The position numbers were made by a program, and so were the translations under genes. A stretch of 64,000 nt of DNA from a virus, in the IMG/VR virus record IMGVR_UViG_3300027970_000006, one strand, 5' to 3'. Positions 46,215 to 56,900 of this stretch are shown here, piece by piece. The notes below the pieces were generated by a model. It worked only from the letters and a program-made list of their open reading frames with translations. It was not told the origin of the DNA and searched no databases. Within the stretch, counting starts at the first letter, position 1, and the number at the start of each line of letters is the position of its first letter.

Positions 46215-49200
46215 ATGGCAACTAACAGTAAGGTTTTTGTTTCGCCCGGTGTGTATACTTCTGAAGTTGACTTAAGCTTTGTAGCACAAAGTGTGGGTGT
46301 AACTACATTAGGTATTGTTGGGGAGACTTTAATAGGTCCAGCTTTTGAACCTATTTTCATTACAAATTTCACAGAATTTGAAACTGTTTTTGGGGCAACT
46401 TCTCCAGAAAAATTCATAAACACTCAAATTCCAAAATACGAAGCTTCGTATATTGCCAAGGCATACCTTCAACAATCTAATCAGTTATTTGTAACTAGAA
46501 TTCTTGGTTTATCAGGATATGACGCAGGCCCATCTTGGTCTGTAACAACTGTCGCTAACGTGAACCCATCAACAATTGGTGTTTGGTGTTTAAGTTCCGT
46601 TACAGATTTTACAACTTGTGAGACTATTTGTGTAACACCAAAAGAATTATCATTTACGGTTCCTTTTACAGCTTGTACAAACTCTCAAACAACAATTGGT
46701 TATACTACTGATTTTCCCGATGAAATTCAAAATATACTATTTGATCAATATGAACAATTTAATGGATCTGTATCTACTTTAGATTCACAAATTAGAAACT
46801 TAATTTTTGATGTAATAACCGATTCTCAACCATTCGTTGCAGAAGATGAATACATTTCTTACTTTGGTTCAATAGACACTAATGACTATAATACTTTAGA
46901 AGGTGCTGGATGGACAGCAGCAACTAACGTATTTAACGTTCCTTCAGTTTCTTTAGATGATACTGACTTAACATCTCCTTTGAATGACTCTTGGTATTAT
47001 GCCCTATTCACAAACACGGGGAATACTAATTATAGTGGTTATTCTTTCTTTACTTATATTTCAGGTTTAACTTCTTATTACCCTAACCCAACGCCAACAC
47101 CACAAGCGTCGGCTTCACCAACACCAACTCCTTCATTTGTTAATCCTTGTATTACACCTTCACCATTTACATCTCCAACACCGACACCGACACCTGTTAA
47201 CATAGATTGTTATTCAGGAACAATTGTTGGTAAAATTTATTACTATACTGGTACATCATATGTGAATTATGATAATGTGGTTGTTGGAACATTAAGGTCA
47301 AGAGGTATTTCAACTTATACAAATGCAACTAACCCAACTTATTCTGTAACAGGAACATCAGACGTAACACTTAATATGGCAGGTCAATACTCAACCGTAT
47401 TAAAAAACCCATACGCAACTTTTGGTGTAAACGTTGTTGATAAATTTGGAACAAATTATTCATTTGAAACTTCATTTACTCAAAACGATCCTGAATATTG
47501 GACTAAGGTATTTGGAGTAACTAACTTCCAAAAACCAAGAATTGAGGTTCCTGTTTTTGCTGAAGAAAATTTCCAATCATTCTTAAACTTCTCATGGAGA
47601 AAAGGATATATTAGAGGTTTAAATCCTAACTTAATTGCTCTTGACTCAGCACAAAGTGGTGATCCTGATTCAATTGGTTGGTATTTAGATAAATGGCAAA
47701 CACCTGTTTCACCTTTTGTTGTTTCAGAATTAAGAGGTAATAAAGTTTACGACCTATTTAGATTCTATACAATTTCTGATGGTGACGCAGCAAACACATT
47801 GGTTAAAATATCAATTATTAATCAATCATATAATAATTTAACGTTTGATGTATTGATTCGTAGTTATTTTGATACAGACGCAAACCCTGTGGTACTTGAG
47901 AAATTTACAAATTGTGGTATGGATCCGGGTCAAAATAATTTTATCGCAAATAAAATTGGTTCTTTAGACGGAGAATACGCACTTAATTCAAGATATGTAA
48001 TGGTTGAAATGAGTGAAGACGCTCCGATTGACACACTTCCTTGTGGATTTAACGGGTTTAATTTTAGAAACTACGCAGGTGCTAATTCACCATTCCCAAT
48101 TATTAAAGGTAAATATGACTTCCCTGGTGAAGTTATTTATAACCCACCATTTGGTTTATCTTCAGGTAACGATAATGCATTAGTAAGTCCGGGAGATAAC
48201 GTAAGAAGAACTTACTTAGGTATTTCTAATTCTTATGGATGGGATCCGGCATTCTTTGAATATATTGGTAAGAGAAACCCGATTAACTCTTGTGATATAG
48301 ATGGTCTTCCATTTAATTATAGATCTGAAGGTTTCCATATGGACGTAAATGCAAGTGGTTTAACAATCGGACCTGAATTCTCAACAAGTGGTGAACCAAG
48401 ATTTGTTTGTGGTAATTCATCATTCCTTACAGAACCAGAATTACCAACAAACGCTTATTACAGATTATTCGCACGTAAATTCACATTCTTAGTTCAAGGT
48501 GGATTTGATGGTTGGGATATCTATAGAGAATGGAGAACAAATACCGACGAATATCAAATTGGTAGAAGAGGTTTCCTTAACGGAGCATGTCCTTCATCAA
48601 GATACCCTACCGCAGTTGGTTGGGGAGCGTTTAAAGAAATTTCTTTGGGTGATGGAACACAAAACTTTGCTAATACCGACTATTATGCGTACTTGTTAGG
48701 TCAACAAACATTCGCAAACCCTGAAGCAACTAACATTAACGTATTTGTTACACCTGGTATTGATTATGTTAATAATAGTAATCTTGTTGAAGACGCAGTT
48801 CAAATGATTGAATTCAACAGAGCCGATTCACTTTATATTTGTACAACCCCTGACTACGACTTATATTTACCAACAACAACTGGTATTGATGGGTTTATCT
48901 ACCCTACAGAAGCGGTTAACAATTTGGATAACACAGGAATTGACTCAAACTATACCGCAACATATTATCCGTGGGTATTGACAAGAGATAGTGTAAATAA
49001 CACTCAAATCTATATTCCACCAACGGCTGAGGTAACAAGAAACTTGGCACTTACAGATAACATCGCGTTCCCGTGGTTCGCAGCGGCAGGTTACACTCGT
49101 GGTATTGTTAATTGTATTAAAGCTCGTAAGAAGTTAACACAAGAAGATAGAGACATTCTTTATGTTGGTAGAATTAATCCAATTGCCACTTTCTCTGATG

Positions 49201-49565
49201 TTGGTACGGTAATTTGGGGTAATAAAACTCTACAAGTTAGAGAATCTGCTCTTGACAGAATCAACGTTAGAAGATTGTTATTACAAGCTCGTAAGTTGAT
49301 TTCAGCGGTATCTATCAGATTGTTGTTTGAACAGAACGACGCACAAGTAAGACAAGACTTCTTAAATGCGGTTAACCCGATCTTAGATGCTATCAGAAGA
49401 GACCGTGGTTTATATGACTTCCGTGTAACGGTTTCTTCAGATCCTGAAGATTTAGATAGAAACCAATTAACAGGTAAAATCTATATCAAACCAACAAGAT
49501 CTCTTGAATTTATTGATATTACATTCTATATTACTCCAACAGGAGCATCTTTTGAAAATATCTAA
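46215..49565 (+). CDS. Contractile tail sheath protein
   Basis: FVSPGVYTSEVD, TYYPW, PWFAAAGYTRG, INPI, WGNKTL, RINVRRLL, PTRSLEFI. Confidence 0.95.
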   Translation: MATNSKVFVSPGVYTSEVDLSFVAQSVGVTTLGIVGETLIGPAFEPIFITNFTEFETVFGATSPEKFINTQIPKYEASYIAKAYLQQSNQLFVTRILGLSGYDAGPSWSVTTVANVNPSTIGVWCLSSVTDFTTCETICVTPKELSFTVPFTACTNSQTTIGYTTDFPDEIQNILFDQYEQFNGSVSTLDSQIRNLIFDVITDSQPFVAEDEYISYFGSIDTNDYNTLEGAGWTAATNVFNVPSVSLDDTDLTSPLNDSWYYALFTNTGNTNYSGYSFFTYISGLTSYYPNPTPTPQASASPTPTPSFVNPCITPSPFTSPTPTPTPVNIDCYSGTIVGKIYYYTGTSYVNYDNVVVGTLRSRGISTYTNATNPTYSVTGTSDVTLNMAGQYSTVLKNPYATFGVNVVDKFGTNYSFETSFTQNDPEYWTKVFGVTNFQKPRIEVPVFAEENFQSFLNFSWRKGYIRGLNPNLIALDSAQSGDPDSIGWYLDKWQTPVSPFVVSELRGNKVYDLFRFYTISDGDAANTLVKISIINQSYNNLTFDVLIRSYFDTDANPVVLEKFTNCGMDPGQNNFIANKIGSLDGEYALNSRYVMVEMSEDAPIDTLPCGFNGFNFRNYAGANSPFPIIKGKYDFPGEVIYNPPFGLSSGNDNALVSPGDNVRRTYLGISNSYGWDPAFFEYIGKRNPINSCDIDGLPFNYRSEGFHMDVNASGLTIGPEFSTSGEPRFVCGNSSFLTEPELPTNAYYRLFARKFTFLVQGGFDGWDIYREWRTNTDEYQIGRRGFLNGACPSSRYPTAVGWGAFKEISLGDGTQNFANTDYYAYLLGQQTFANPEATNINVFVTPGIDYVNNSNLVEDAVQMIEFNRADSLYICTTPDYDLYLPTTTGIDGFIYPTEAVNNLDNTGIDSNYTATYYPWVLTRDSVNNTQIYIPPTAEVTRNLALTDNIAFPWFAAAGYTRGIVNCIKARKKLTQEDRDILYVGRINPIATFSDVGTVIWGNKTLQVRESALDRINVRRLLLQARKLISAVSIRLLFEQNDAQVRQDFLNAVNPILDAIRRDRGLYDFRVTVSSDPEDLDRNQLTGKIYIKPTRSLEFIDITFYITPTGASFENI

Positions 49566-49583
49566 TTTGAATTAAAGAAAACT

Positions 49584-49610
49584 AAAGGGGGACAATTGTT
49601 CCCCTTTTTT
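49584..49610 (+). terminator. Rho-independent terminator
   Basis: GGGGGAC-AATT-GTTCCCC-TTTTTT. Confidence 0.85.
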
Positions 49611-49632
49611 ATTAAACAAGATATTTATTATT

Positions 49633-50463
49633 ATGAATTATAAAAAAGTTGTAAAAGAAATTATTTCTGAAATTATTCACGATCAGATGAAACCAACGAT
49701 GAAGTATTACGCTTTTGATTGGGACGATAATCTTATGTATATGCCAACCAAAATTTATTTAAAAGACGATAAAGGAAAAAGTGTTGGTATGTCTACCGAA
49801 GATTTTGCTGAATATAGAACGGAAATTGGAAAAGAACCTTTTAAATATGAAGGACACACCATTGTTGATTTTGACAATGATCCTTTTAGAGATTTTAGAG
49901 TAACTGGTGATAAAAATTTTATAAAAGACTCTCTTAACGCAGAGACAGGTCCATCTTGGGATGATTTTGTTGAGGCGGTTAATGAGGGGTCTATTTTTTC
50001 AATCATCACAGCAAGAGGTCATACACCATCAGTTCTTAAAAATGCTGTTTATAATTTAATTAAAAAGAATAAACACGGGTTAAACGAAAAAACTATTGTA
50101 AAAAATCTTAAAAAATATAGAGATCTTGCCGATGAAGATGAACTTTCTGACGACGAACTAATTAGAGTTTATTTAGATATGTGTAGATTTCATCCTGTAA
50201 GTTTCGGAGAAGGATCAGCTGCAAATCCAGAACAATTAAAAGTAAATGCAATGAAAGAGTTTATGACTTATGTTCAAAATCTTTCAAGACAACTTCAAGA
50301 GAAGGCATTTATGAAAAACAAAATCAGTAATTATTTTATACCTTATATTGGTTTTTCAGATGATGATTTAAGAAATGTTCAAACAATGAGAAAATATTTT
50401 AATGATGAAGATGAATTAAAAATATATCATACTAGTAAAGAAGGAAAAACTAAATATGAGTAA
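49633..50463 (+). CDS. HAD-superfamily-like phage protein
   Basis: FDWDDN (motif I), IITARGH (motif II), K, FSDDD (motif IV). Confidence 0.65.
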   Translation: MNYKKVVKEIISEIIHDQMKPTMKYYAFDWDDNLMYMPTKIYLKDDKGKSVGMSTEDFAEYRTEIGKEPFKYEGHTIVDFDNDPFRDFRVTGDKNFIKDSLNAETGPSWDDFVEAVNEGSIFSIITARGHTPSVLKNAVYNLIKKNKHGLNEKTIVKNLKKYRDLADEDELSDDELIRVYLDMCRFHPVSFGEGSAANPEQLKVNAMKEFMTYVQNLSRQLQEKAFMKNKISNYFIPYIGFSDDDLRNVQTMRKYFNDEDELKIYHTSKEGKTKYE

Positions 50464-50528
50464 CTGGTCTAGTTAATAGATTATTTAAAAAAAAATAGAA
50501 GTAAATAGAAAAATTTTTCATAAGATAC

Positions 50529-50536
50529 TATTTATA
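50529..50536 (+). promoter_or_regulatory. Putative late promoter TATTTATA (tube)
   Basis: 34 nt upstream of the ATG. Confidence 0.6.
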
Positions 50537-50570
50537 GTAAAAATAAAACAAAAAATTAAAAAAAAACAAT

Positions 50571-51059
50571 ATGGCTGATTTATTAATGAAAATGCCGATC
50601 CCTTACGAACCGAAGAGGGAGAACCGATGGATTTTGAGATTTCCATCATCACTTGGTATCAATGAATGGTATGTTGAAACAACATCAAGACCAAAACTTA
50701 CAATTGCGTCAACGGAAATTCAATTTTTGAATACTTCAACATATGTTGCAGGTCGTTTTACTTGGGGAGAATTACCCGTTACTTTCCGTGATCCAATTGG
50801 ACCTTCTGCGTCTCAAGCGGTTATGGAATGGATTCGTTTATGTGCTGAGTCGGTAACAGGACGTATGGGTTATGCTGCGGGATACAAGAAAAATGTTGAC
50901 CTTGAAATGTTAGACCCAACAGGTGTTGTTGTTGAAAAATGGATTTTGGAAGGAACTTTTCTTTTAGGATACGATGGTGGATCACTTACATATTCTTCAG
51001 ATGGTGTTGCAAAAATAAGTTGTTCTATGAGAATGGATCGTTGTATTTTAGTTTACTAA
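50571..51059 (+). CDS. Tail tube protein (gp19-like)
   Basis: EPKRENRW, YVAGRFTW, VMEW, YKKN, VEKWILEG. Confidence 0.85.
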   Translation: MADLLMKMPIPYEPKRENRWILRFPSSLGINEWYVETTSRPKLTIASTEIQFLNTSTYVAGRFTWGELPVTFRDPIGPSASQAVMEWIRLCAESVTGRMGYAAGYKKNVDLEMLDPTGVVVEKWILEGTFLLGYDGGSLTYSSDGVAKISCSMRMDRCILVY

Positions 51060-51079
51060 TAAAAAAATAATATATATTC

Positions 51080-51114
51080 AAGACCTATTACTTTACTAGT
51101 GATAGGTCTTTGTT
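51080..51114 (+). terminator. Hairpin / weak terminator after the tube gene
   Basis: AAGACCTATTAC-7 nt-GTGATAGGTCTT then TGTT. Confidence 0.55.
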
Positions 51115-51912
51115 ATGTTTATAACAAAAGAATTTTATATTATGGAACAAGATGTTTATCAAGCTGGTCAAGCTGAATTCAATTTACCACACGATGTTAT
51201 ACAATTACCTAGTCAAGGTAAATTTTATAAATCAAAAAAGAAATCTGTTAAAGTTGGTTATTTAACTGCTGTTGATGAGAATATTATCGCAGATGCGGAT
51301 TATAAAAAAAGTATAACTGAAAGTATTATATTTCCTTTATTAAGAAATAAACTTTATGAAAAGGATTTAAGACCTGAAGAACTTATTGATGGTGATGTTG
51401 AAGCAATTCTGTTATTTTTAAGAAATACATCTTTTGGAACAGATTATACGGTAACATCTGTTGACCCCGAAACAGAAAAAAGGTTCCAAACCACAATTAG
51501 TTTGGACGAATTAAATTATAAAAAAATTAATTTGGAACCAAATGACGATGGATATTTTGAAACCAAACTTCCTGTATCAGGATCAAGAGTAAAATTAAAA
51601 ATCTTGAATATGGGTGAAAAATTTGAGATTGAAAATATATTAAAATCATATCCATCTGGAAGAGTAACACCAACAATTACCACAAGATTATTGAAACAAA
51701 TTGTGGAAATTGATGGGGATTCTGACAAAGGAAATATTGCGATCTTTATTGAAAAGATGCCAATTGCAGATTCTAAATACATTAGAAAGTTTTTATCCGA
51801 AAATGAACCAAGATTAGATTTATCAAAAGAAGTAACAGCCCCATCAGGAGAAAAAGTAGTGATTGACATTACTTTTGGGGTGGAGTTTTTTCGGCCTTTC
51901 TTATCAATATAA
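51115..51912 (+). CDS. Tail assembly chaperone / gp26-like baseplate hub assembly protein
   Basis: LPSQGKFY, YLTAVDE, GDVEAILLFLRNTSFG, ends EFFRP; lies between tube and tape measure. Confidence 0.7.
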   Translation: MFITKEFYIMEQDVYQAGQAEFNLPHDVIQLPSQGKFYKSKKKSVKVGYLTAVDENIIADADYKKSITESIIFPLLRNKLYEKDLRPEELIDGDVEAILLFLRNTSFGTDYTVTSVDPETEKRFQTTISLDELNYKKINLEPNDDGYFETKLPVSGSRVKLKILNMGEKFEIENILKSYPSGRVTPTITTRLLKQIVEIDGDSDKGNIAIFIEKMPIADSKYIRKFLSENEPRLDLSKEVTAPSGEKVVIDITFGVEFFRPFLSI

Positions 51913-52045
51913 AACAACAATTTTAGACGAATTTTATTATTTCTCAAAAATATTTAGAACACAATACTCTGAATTTTTGAGAATGCCCACCTATGTGAGA
52001 AAGTATCTTGTAAATAAATTTGTTTCTGATAGCGAAAAGAAATAA
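51886..52045 (+). CDS. Probable frameshift extension of the tail assembly chaperone (G-T-like)
   Basis: +1-frame ORF FGLSYQYKTTILDEFYYF...MPTYVRKYLV overlapping TTT TTT CGG. Confidence 0.6.
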
Positions 52046-52073
52046 AACAATATTTATTTAAAAATAAGTTTAA

Positions 52074-53933
52074 ATGCCAAGTTACGAAAGTTTAAGTACT
52101 GAAAAGTTAATTAGAGAACTTAAAGACCGAGATGCGACCATAGATTATCAAGAAGATAAAATTAGAAAACTTCAACAAAAATCATCAAGTGTATCATCAT
52201 CAAGTACTGAATCAATTACTGATGGTTATAGTGTGTGGGCGGCTAATATTGATGGTATTTCAAACAAGATAACATCAACCGCAAATGAATATGTTGAAGC
52301 CATAAATCCATTAGATTCAACAGCATTTGCTGATTTAGACAAATACGCAACAGAAATTCAAAGCACTTTTGGTATAGGAAAATCAAGAATGGATGAATTC
52401 AAGAAAACCATTGCTGATGTTTCTCCTGAGTTAGCTAAAATGGGAATTGAAGAAACCGAAATCGCCGGAAAAATTACCAAAATAATGGAAGGAGTAGGTA
52501 CTACCGCAAGTTTAAGTATGAAGGCGGTTACAGAATTAGCTGCGGCGTCAAAAGTTACTGGAGAACGAGAGGAAACTTTAGCCGCCAATTTTAAAGAAGT
52601 CGGAGTATCAATTAATGATGTTGGTTCAGAAATGAAAACAGTAATTGATTACGCTAAAAATGTCGGAGTTTCTGTTAAAGGAGTTTCAAGTGATGTTGTT
52701 TCAAACTTAAACAAAATGAATTTGTATAACTTTGATAACGGGATCAAAGGTTTAGCAAGTATGGCAGCAACATCACAAAGAATTGGACTTAGTATGAGTA
52801 ATGTCTTTGAGTTTTCTGAAAAAATATATAATCCTGAAGGAGCAATAGAAATGGCCGCAGGATTACAAAGACTTGGTGTAACTGCGAGTGGACTATTAGA
52901 TCCGTTAAGAGCTATGGATTTAGCGGCAAACGACCCTGAAGGGCTACAAAAAGAAATGATAAATATTACTAAAGAGTTTACAGCATTTAATGAAAAAAAT
53001 GGTAAATTTGAAATATTACCTGGAGCGAAAAGAAGAATGAGAGAAATTGCTGACGTGATGAATATTCCTGTTGAACAGTTGGCAAAAATGTCAATAAACG
53101 CGGCGGATTTTGATATGAAGATGAAACAAATTAAATTTCCTTCTTTAGCTGAAGGAGATGAAGAAACAAAACAATTAATAGCGTCAATGGCACAATTAGA
53201 GGGTGGAGTTGCTAAAATACAAGTTAAACAAGAAGATGGTACAATTGCAACAAAAAGTGTTGAAGAATTAACACCACAAGATATTGCAGAATTAAAAAAG
53301 GCAAATGAAGACTCTTCAAAAAGTTTGGAAGAGTTGGCAGTAGAACAATTATCAGTTCAAGAACAAACTTTAAATTATTTTAAAAGCGGAGAATTGGCCC
53401 TTAAAATGGGAAAAGCAACAACACCTAGTTTAAGTAGATTTTATGGGGCTGTTGCCAAATCAAATTTAGATATTGCCAAAAACGTAAGTAAAACCGTAGG
53501 ATCAACAGAAAATGTTAGAAATACAATAGGTGATGTTTCAGATCCTTTGGAATCATTAGTTAAATCCTTGGCGGATGGTAATGCCGCAAATGTTAAAATT
53601 TATTCAGACAAATTAGTGGAAAACTTAGGTAATATTACCGAAAAAATAATACCAAAATCTACAGAGCTAGTTACTAATATTGCTAAAGACATTGCAACCA
53701 CTTTTTCAGAAACATATAAAAATGTTGGAAACCCTGAAACTAAAGAAACAAAAACGGTAAATGTTAATTGGAATATTACTGGCGATCCTAATGTAACTAA
53801 AAATATAACTCAAGAAACATTTGATAAAATGTTAAACACATCAACAACCGACCCAAACACTAAAGTAATGGTTAGCTCAAATTTAGATGGAGGTTCTGCA
53901 CCATCGGCAGCAACAGGTTCTAAAAATAAGTAG
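52074..53933 (+). CDS. Tape measure protein
   Basis: Helical Ala/Lys/Glu-rich 619 aa, position after tube and chaperone. Confidence 0.7.
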   Translation: MPSYESLSTEKLIRELKDRDATIDYQEDKIRKLQQKSSSVSSSSTESITDGYSVWAANIDGISNKITSTANEYVEAINPLDSTAFADLDKYATEIQSTFGIGKSRMDEFKKTIADVSPELAKMGIEETEIAGKITKIMEGVGTTASLSMKAVTELAAASKVTGEREETLAANFKEVGVSINDVGSEMKTVIDYAKNVGVSVKGVSSDVVSNLNKMNLYNFDNGIKGLASMAATSQRIGLSMSNVFEFSEKIYNPEGAIEMAAGLQRLGVTASGLLDPLRAMDLAANDPEGLQKEMINITKEFTAFNEKNGKFEILPGAKRRMREIADVMNIPVEQLAKMSINAADFDMKMKQIKFPSLAEGDEETKQLIASMAQLEGGVAKIQVKQEDGTIATKSVEELTPQDIAELKKANEDSSKSLEELAVEQLSVQEQTLNYFKSGELALKMGKATTPSLSRFYGAVAKSNLDIAKNVSKTVGSTENVRNTIGDVSDPLESLVKSLADGNAANVKIYSDKLVENLGNITEKIIPKSTELVTNIAKDIATTFSETYKNVGNPETKETKTVNVNWNITGDPNVTKNITQETFDKMLNTSTTDPNTKVMVSSNLDGGSAPSAATGSKNK

Positions 53934-53985
53934 GTCTACACTAAACAAAAAAAATACATAATATCTATTTATAGAATAAAGTAGT

Positions 53986-56900
53986 ATGGCCGAAAGTTTT
54001 TTATCGTTTGGTAATTCAGAAACATTTAGGAAGCAGTTATTAGTTAGAAACCTAATACCATATGGTGTGCCGGGTGCTTACACGTCACCATCAAACCCAA
54101 TTAATTACGAAACAAACTTAACCGTTAGTAATGTAGTGGACTCTCCAAATAACTTTGTCTCAACAAATTTATTTGCAAATGATCTATATCCATTAAACGA
54201 ATATGGTCCTGAAGGAGGGTTTAGTAATCCCATAGGTATCAATAGTCTTGCGTCAACCAGTAATCCTGAAGGAACCAATCAAGGACCTTACCAACCAAAT
54301 GATACTGTTTTAGATGTTGTTAATGAATTTTATATTGAAACTGCGTTTGTTACTAACAAGTGGGGACCTAGTGGTGGATATAAAGATTTAATAGTTATTA
54401 CCGATATACAAAATAATGGAAATATATATCAACCATATTGGGATCCCGGATATTATAGTTATTCGTCATACCCTACTTTTAATATAGTATTTCAAAATGA
54501 TCCTGTGGGATCAAATGGTCCTTTATCTTCAGATAGTTTTATTGCACAAATTGGTGCTTCACAATTAAAATTTGCATTTAACGAAAGAGTTGCACAAGAA
54601 ATACAACAAGCAACAATTGGTGTTATAAACTTAGATACAATAAGTGATCCTTTTTCTGCTAGTTTACTAGCAACAGGACAACAACCGTTTTTCATTAGAG
54701 ATTGGAAAATTACGGTTCCTGAAAACCCTGCGTTGGCAGCAATTTCATTGGCAAATAGATTAACGGGAACATATTTTCCTGTTTCGTTTATTCCTGGTGA
54801 TTATTTTGACGATGATAACCCAATAAACAAACCACAAACAGAAGCAGCACTTGGTGTTGCCAATAGTTTAACTGGTGGTTTATTGGCCCCCATAATGAAC
54901 AAATACAGAAATCCTTCTGAAATATTTGTTGCGAACACAGGTAACGGACAAAGATCCGCATTATTTTCGGCATTAGACTATAACTTATATAGACCGGCAT
55001 ATAATAGAGGTGTTATTGGTGGGTTGATAGCAAACGCATCGGCAGCGGTAAATAGATTATTTGACCAAGACAAAGCTCAATCTTCAGGGTATTATGTTGG
55101 TAGTGAAAACGCAGAACCTTCACAAATAGACGGACCACCAAATCAACTTCCTGTTAATCAATTTGGTGTTCAACAACAAAGTATTGTTTATGGACCACAA
55201 GAATTGGGTATATTATATGAAGGAAATGAAGAAAAAATAAAATTTGGATTTAAAGGAAAATCATATACTGATGGTGGTGGAACTTCAGGACAATTAGTAT
55301 GGACTTCACCAAAATACAAACCAAATGCTGGGTTTAGAGCAACAGAAGGTGGTGGTGCCGGAAGTTTAGATGATGAGTTTAATCAAATATCTGCCGATTA
55401 TTTACAATACCAATCAACTGATATTGAGTTTAAACCGGGATCTATTTTATATGAGACACAACAATTAGTAAATTCTGCCGATCAGGTTCAGGGTCAAACA
55501 AGATTAAAACATGTCGGAACAGCAATTAATCAAGTTTCAAAAGTTTTTAACGATGGATATAAAGAATTAACAAAAGGATCAAGGGTTTTATCATATGTCA
55601 ACCAAGCAGATGGAACTCAAGCCGGTTTAGAATATTGTAGGGTATTTCAAAAAGACACACCATATTATACTTATGCTGATCTACAAAAAACTGATGGTAT
55701 TACAACCGCAGGAAGACGAGCAGATTATTCAATCTTAGACAATACGTATAATTTGAATATAGCACCATTAAGAAATCCTGGATCTACAAATATTGTTGAC
55801 GGTAAGGTTAAAAAATATATGTTTTCAATTGAAAACTTGGCTTGGAGAACTTCAGATAGACCAGGATATACATATGACGATCTTCCTGTTTGTGAAAAAG
55901 GAGCTAATGGGGGTAGGGTTATGTGGTTTCCACCTTATAATTTAAAATTTTCTGATGACTCAAAACCGGACTTTAACACAACATCTTTTTTGGGAAGATC
56001 AGAACCAATATATACCTATAAAAACACAAGTAGATCAGGTCAATTAAGTTGGACAATAATTGTTGATAATCCAGCAATGTTAAATACTATCATTGAAAAA
56101 CAAATGAAAGGAGTTGCAAGAGAAAGGATTCAAAGCGTTGTTGATTCATTTTTTGCTGGATGTACGAAATATGATATGTATGAATTAGGTATAAAATTTA
56201 ATACAATACCAACAAAAGATTTATATACATACCAACAAATATTAAATAATCCTAGACTTACTTCAGAAGAACAAGTACAAGTTTTACAAAGCATACCTGC
56301 CGACCAAAATAATAGTAACTCTAATAATTCTGAAGGGGCGGACCCACTTCAAAATGCAACAGCACAAGGAAACCAAACACAAGATAATACTCCACCAGAT
56401 TACAATTGGAGTTCATATGAAGGGTTGGGGTTCTATTTTGAAAATGATGTTCCTGGTGGACCTAATGGAACCAAACCGGGTGAAAATAAAACACTAGGAA
56501 CATCAGCAAGTAATTTTGATGTTTATTATAATCAATATATTGGTTTAAAAAGTACTTACAACTCAAAAGCGCCACAAAATGTGAACTCAAATGGGGAGAT
56601 ATTTAAAAAGGCCGCAATCCCTAACTTTTTCACTGACGTTATTGAAGGAAATTTCAATACGGTTCAAAATGACTTGATGAAACAAATTGATGATGTATTG
56701 GTCAAACGAGTAGGAAGTATTACTTTAGAAATGTTAGGATCGGCATCAGCACCACAAGAAAAGGCGTATAACGTTAAATTATCAGAAAGAAGAAATGATT
56801 CTGTTAAAAAATGGTTTTTAGCATATAAACTATCCGATGGTAAAACAATACAAGAATACGGGGACAAATTCAAAATGACCTTGAATTCACAAGGTGAAGA

